Source: Octopus vulgaris (taxonomy: Eukaryota). Taken from it: DNA of 64,000 bases. Where the stretch lies: NCBI GenBank assembly GCA_951406725.2, contig OX597820.1, positions 14,880,001 through 14,944,000 of the forward strand. The letters are read 5' to 3'. Under the pieces are notes generated by a model that was given only the letters and a program-made list of their open reading frames with translations, was not told where the DNA came from and ran no database searches. Shown piece by piece: positions 63,556 to 64,000 of this stretch; position 1 is the stretch's first letter, and the number at the start of each line of letters is the position of its first letter. Made by a program: the position numbers and the translations under genes.

Positions 63556-64000
63556 GGTAGTGGTGGTGCTGGTGGTGGCAGCGACGGCAGCGGTGGTGAT
63601 GGCAGTGGCGTTGGCGATCACAGTAGTGGTGGCAGTGTTGGCGGTGATAGGAGCGGAGGAGGTGGTGGTGATGGTGGCCTTGAGAACACTGAATGCGACT
63701 TGTAGTGAGTCGATGTAAGCTCAGTTCGGTGGAGACCGTTTTTGGTTCTTTGCAAAGTTATTAAGAACAGTCAAAATTGCAAAGGGGTTATTTATGATTC
63801 CTGTTAGCGCTCACACATTGATTACAATGAAGGAAGGTCGTATGTTTTGAAGTTCTGCCACGAATTCGAAGTGCAACAACGTAAGAAGGCACGACACTGT
63901 GGAATTGTCTGAGATAAAATCACTTCATAGAATCACTGTCTTAAAAATACAATACACTAATACACTAGGAGTGGCTGTGTGGTAAGTAACTTGCTTACCA

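Overview
Eukaryotic, AT-rich, microsatellite- and SINE-saturated DNA. The repeat landscape is most consistent with a coleoid cephalopod (Octopus-like); this is an inference. The main gene is a + strand ETS-family transcription factor with three phase-compatible coding exons (54505-55279, 58709-58951, 62919-63110). The middle exon encodes a Pointed (SAM_PNT) domain resembling the ESE/EHF/ELF5 subfamily, and the ETS domain should lie beyond the window. A CpG-depleted left end (1 to ~13 kb) suggests the 5' part of a second, minus-strand gene. The window also holds a near-intact tRNA-iMet and a decayed copy, fragments of L1/Tx1, CR1, R4/Dong and I-like LINEs, a head-to-tail Helitron cluster, hAT, Tc2/pogo, mariner and piggyBac-like MITEs, two GC-rich minisatellites, and several Penelope-type remnants carrying minimal hammerhead-ribozyme motifs. 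The most notable patterns are (i) a tRNA-derived SINE whose 3' tail matches the local Tx1 LINE 3' end, lands at RGW targets and repeatedly re-inserts into its own head, and (ii) several distinct minimal hammerhead motifs. There is no CRISPR or prokaryotic system.
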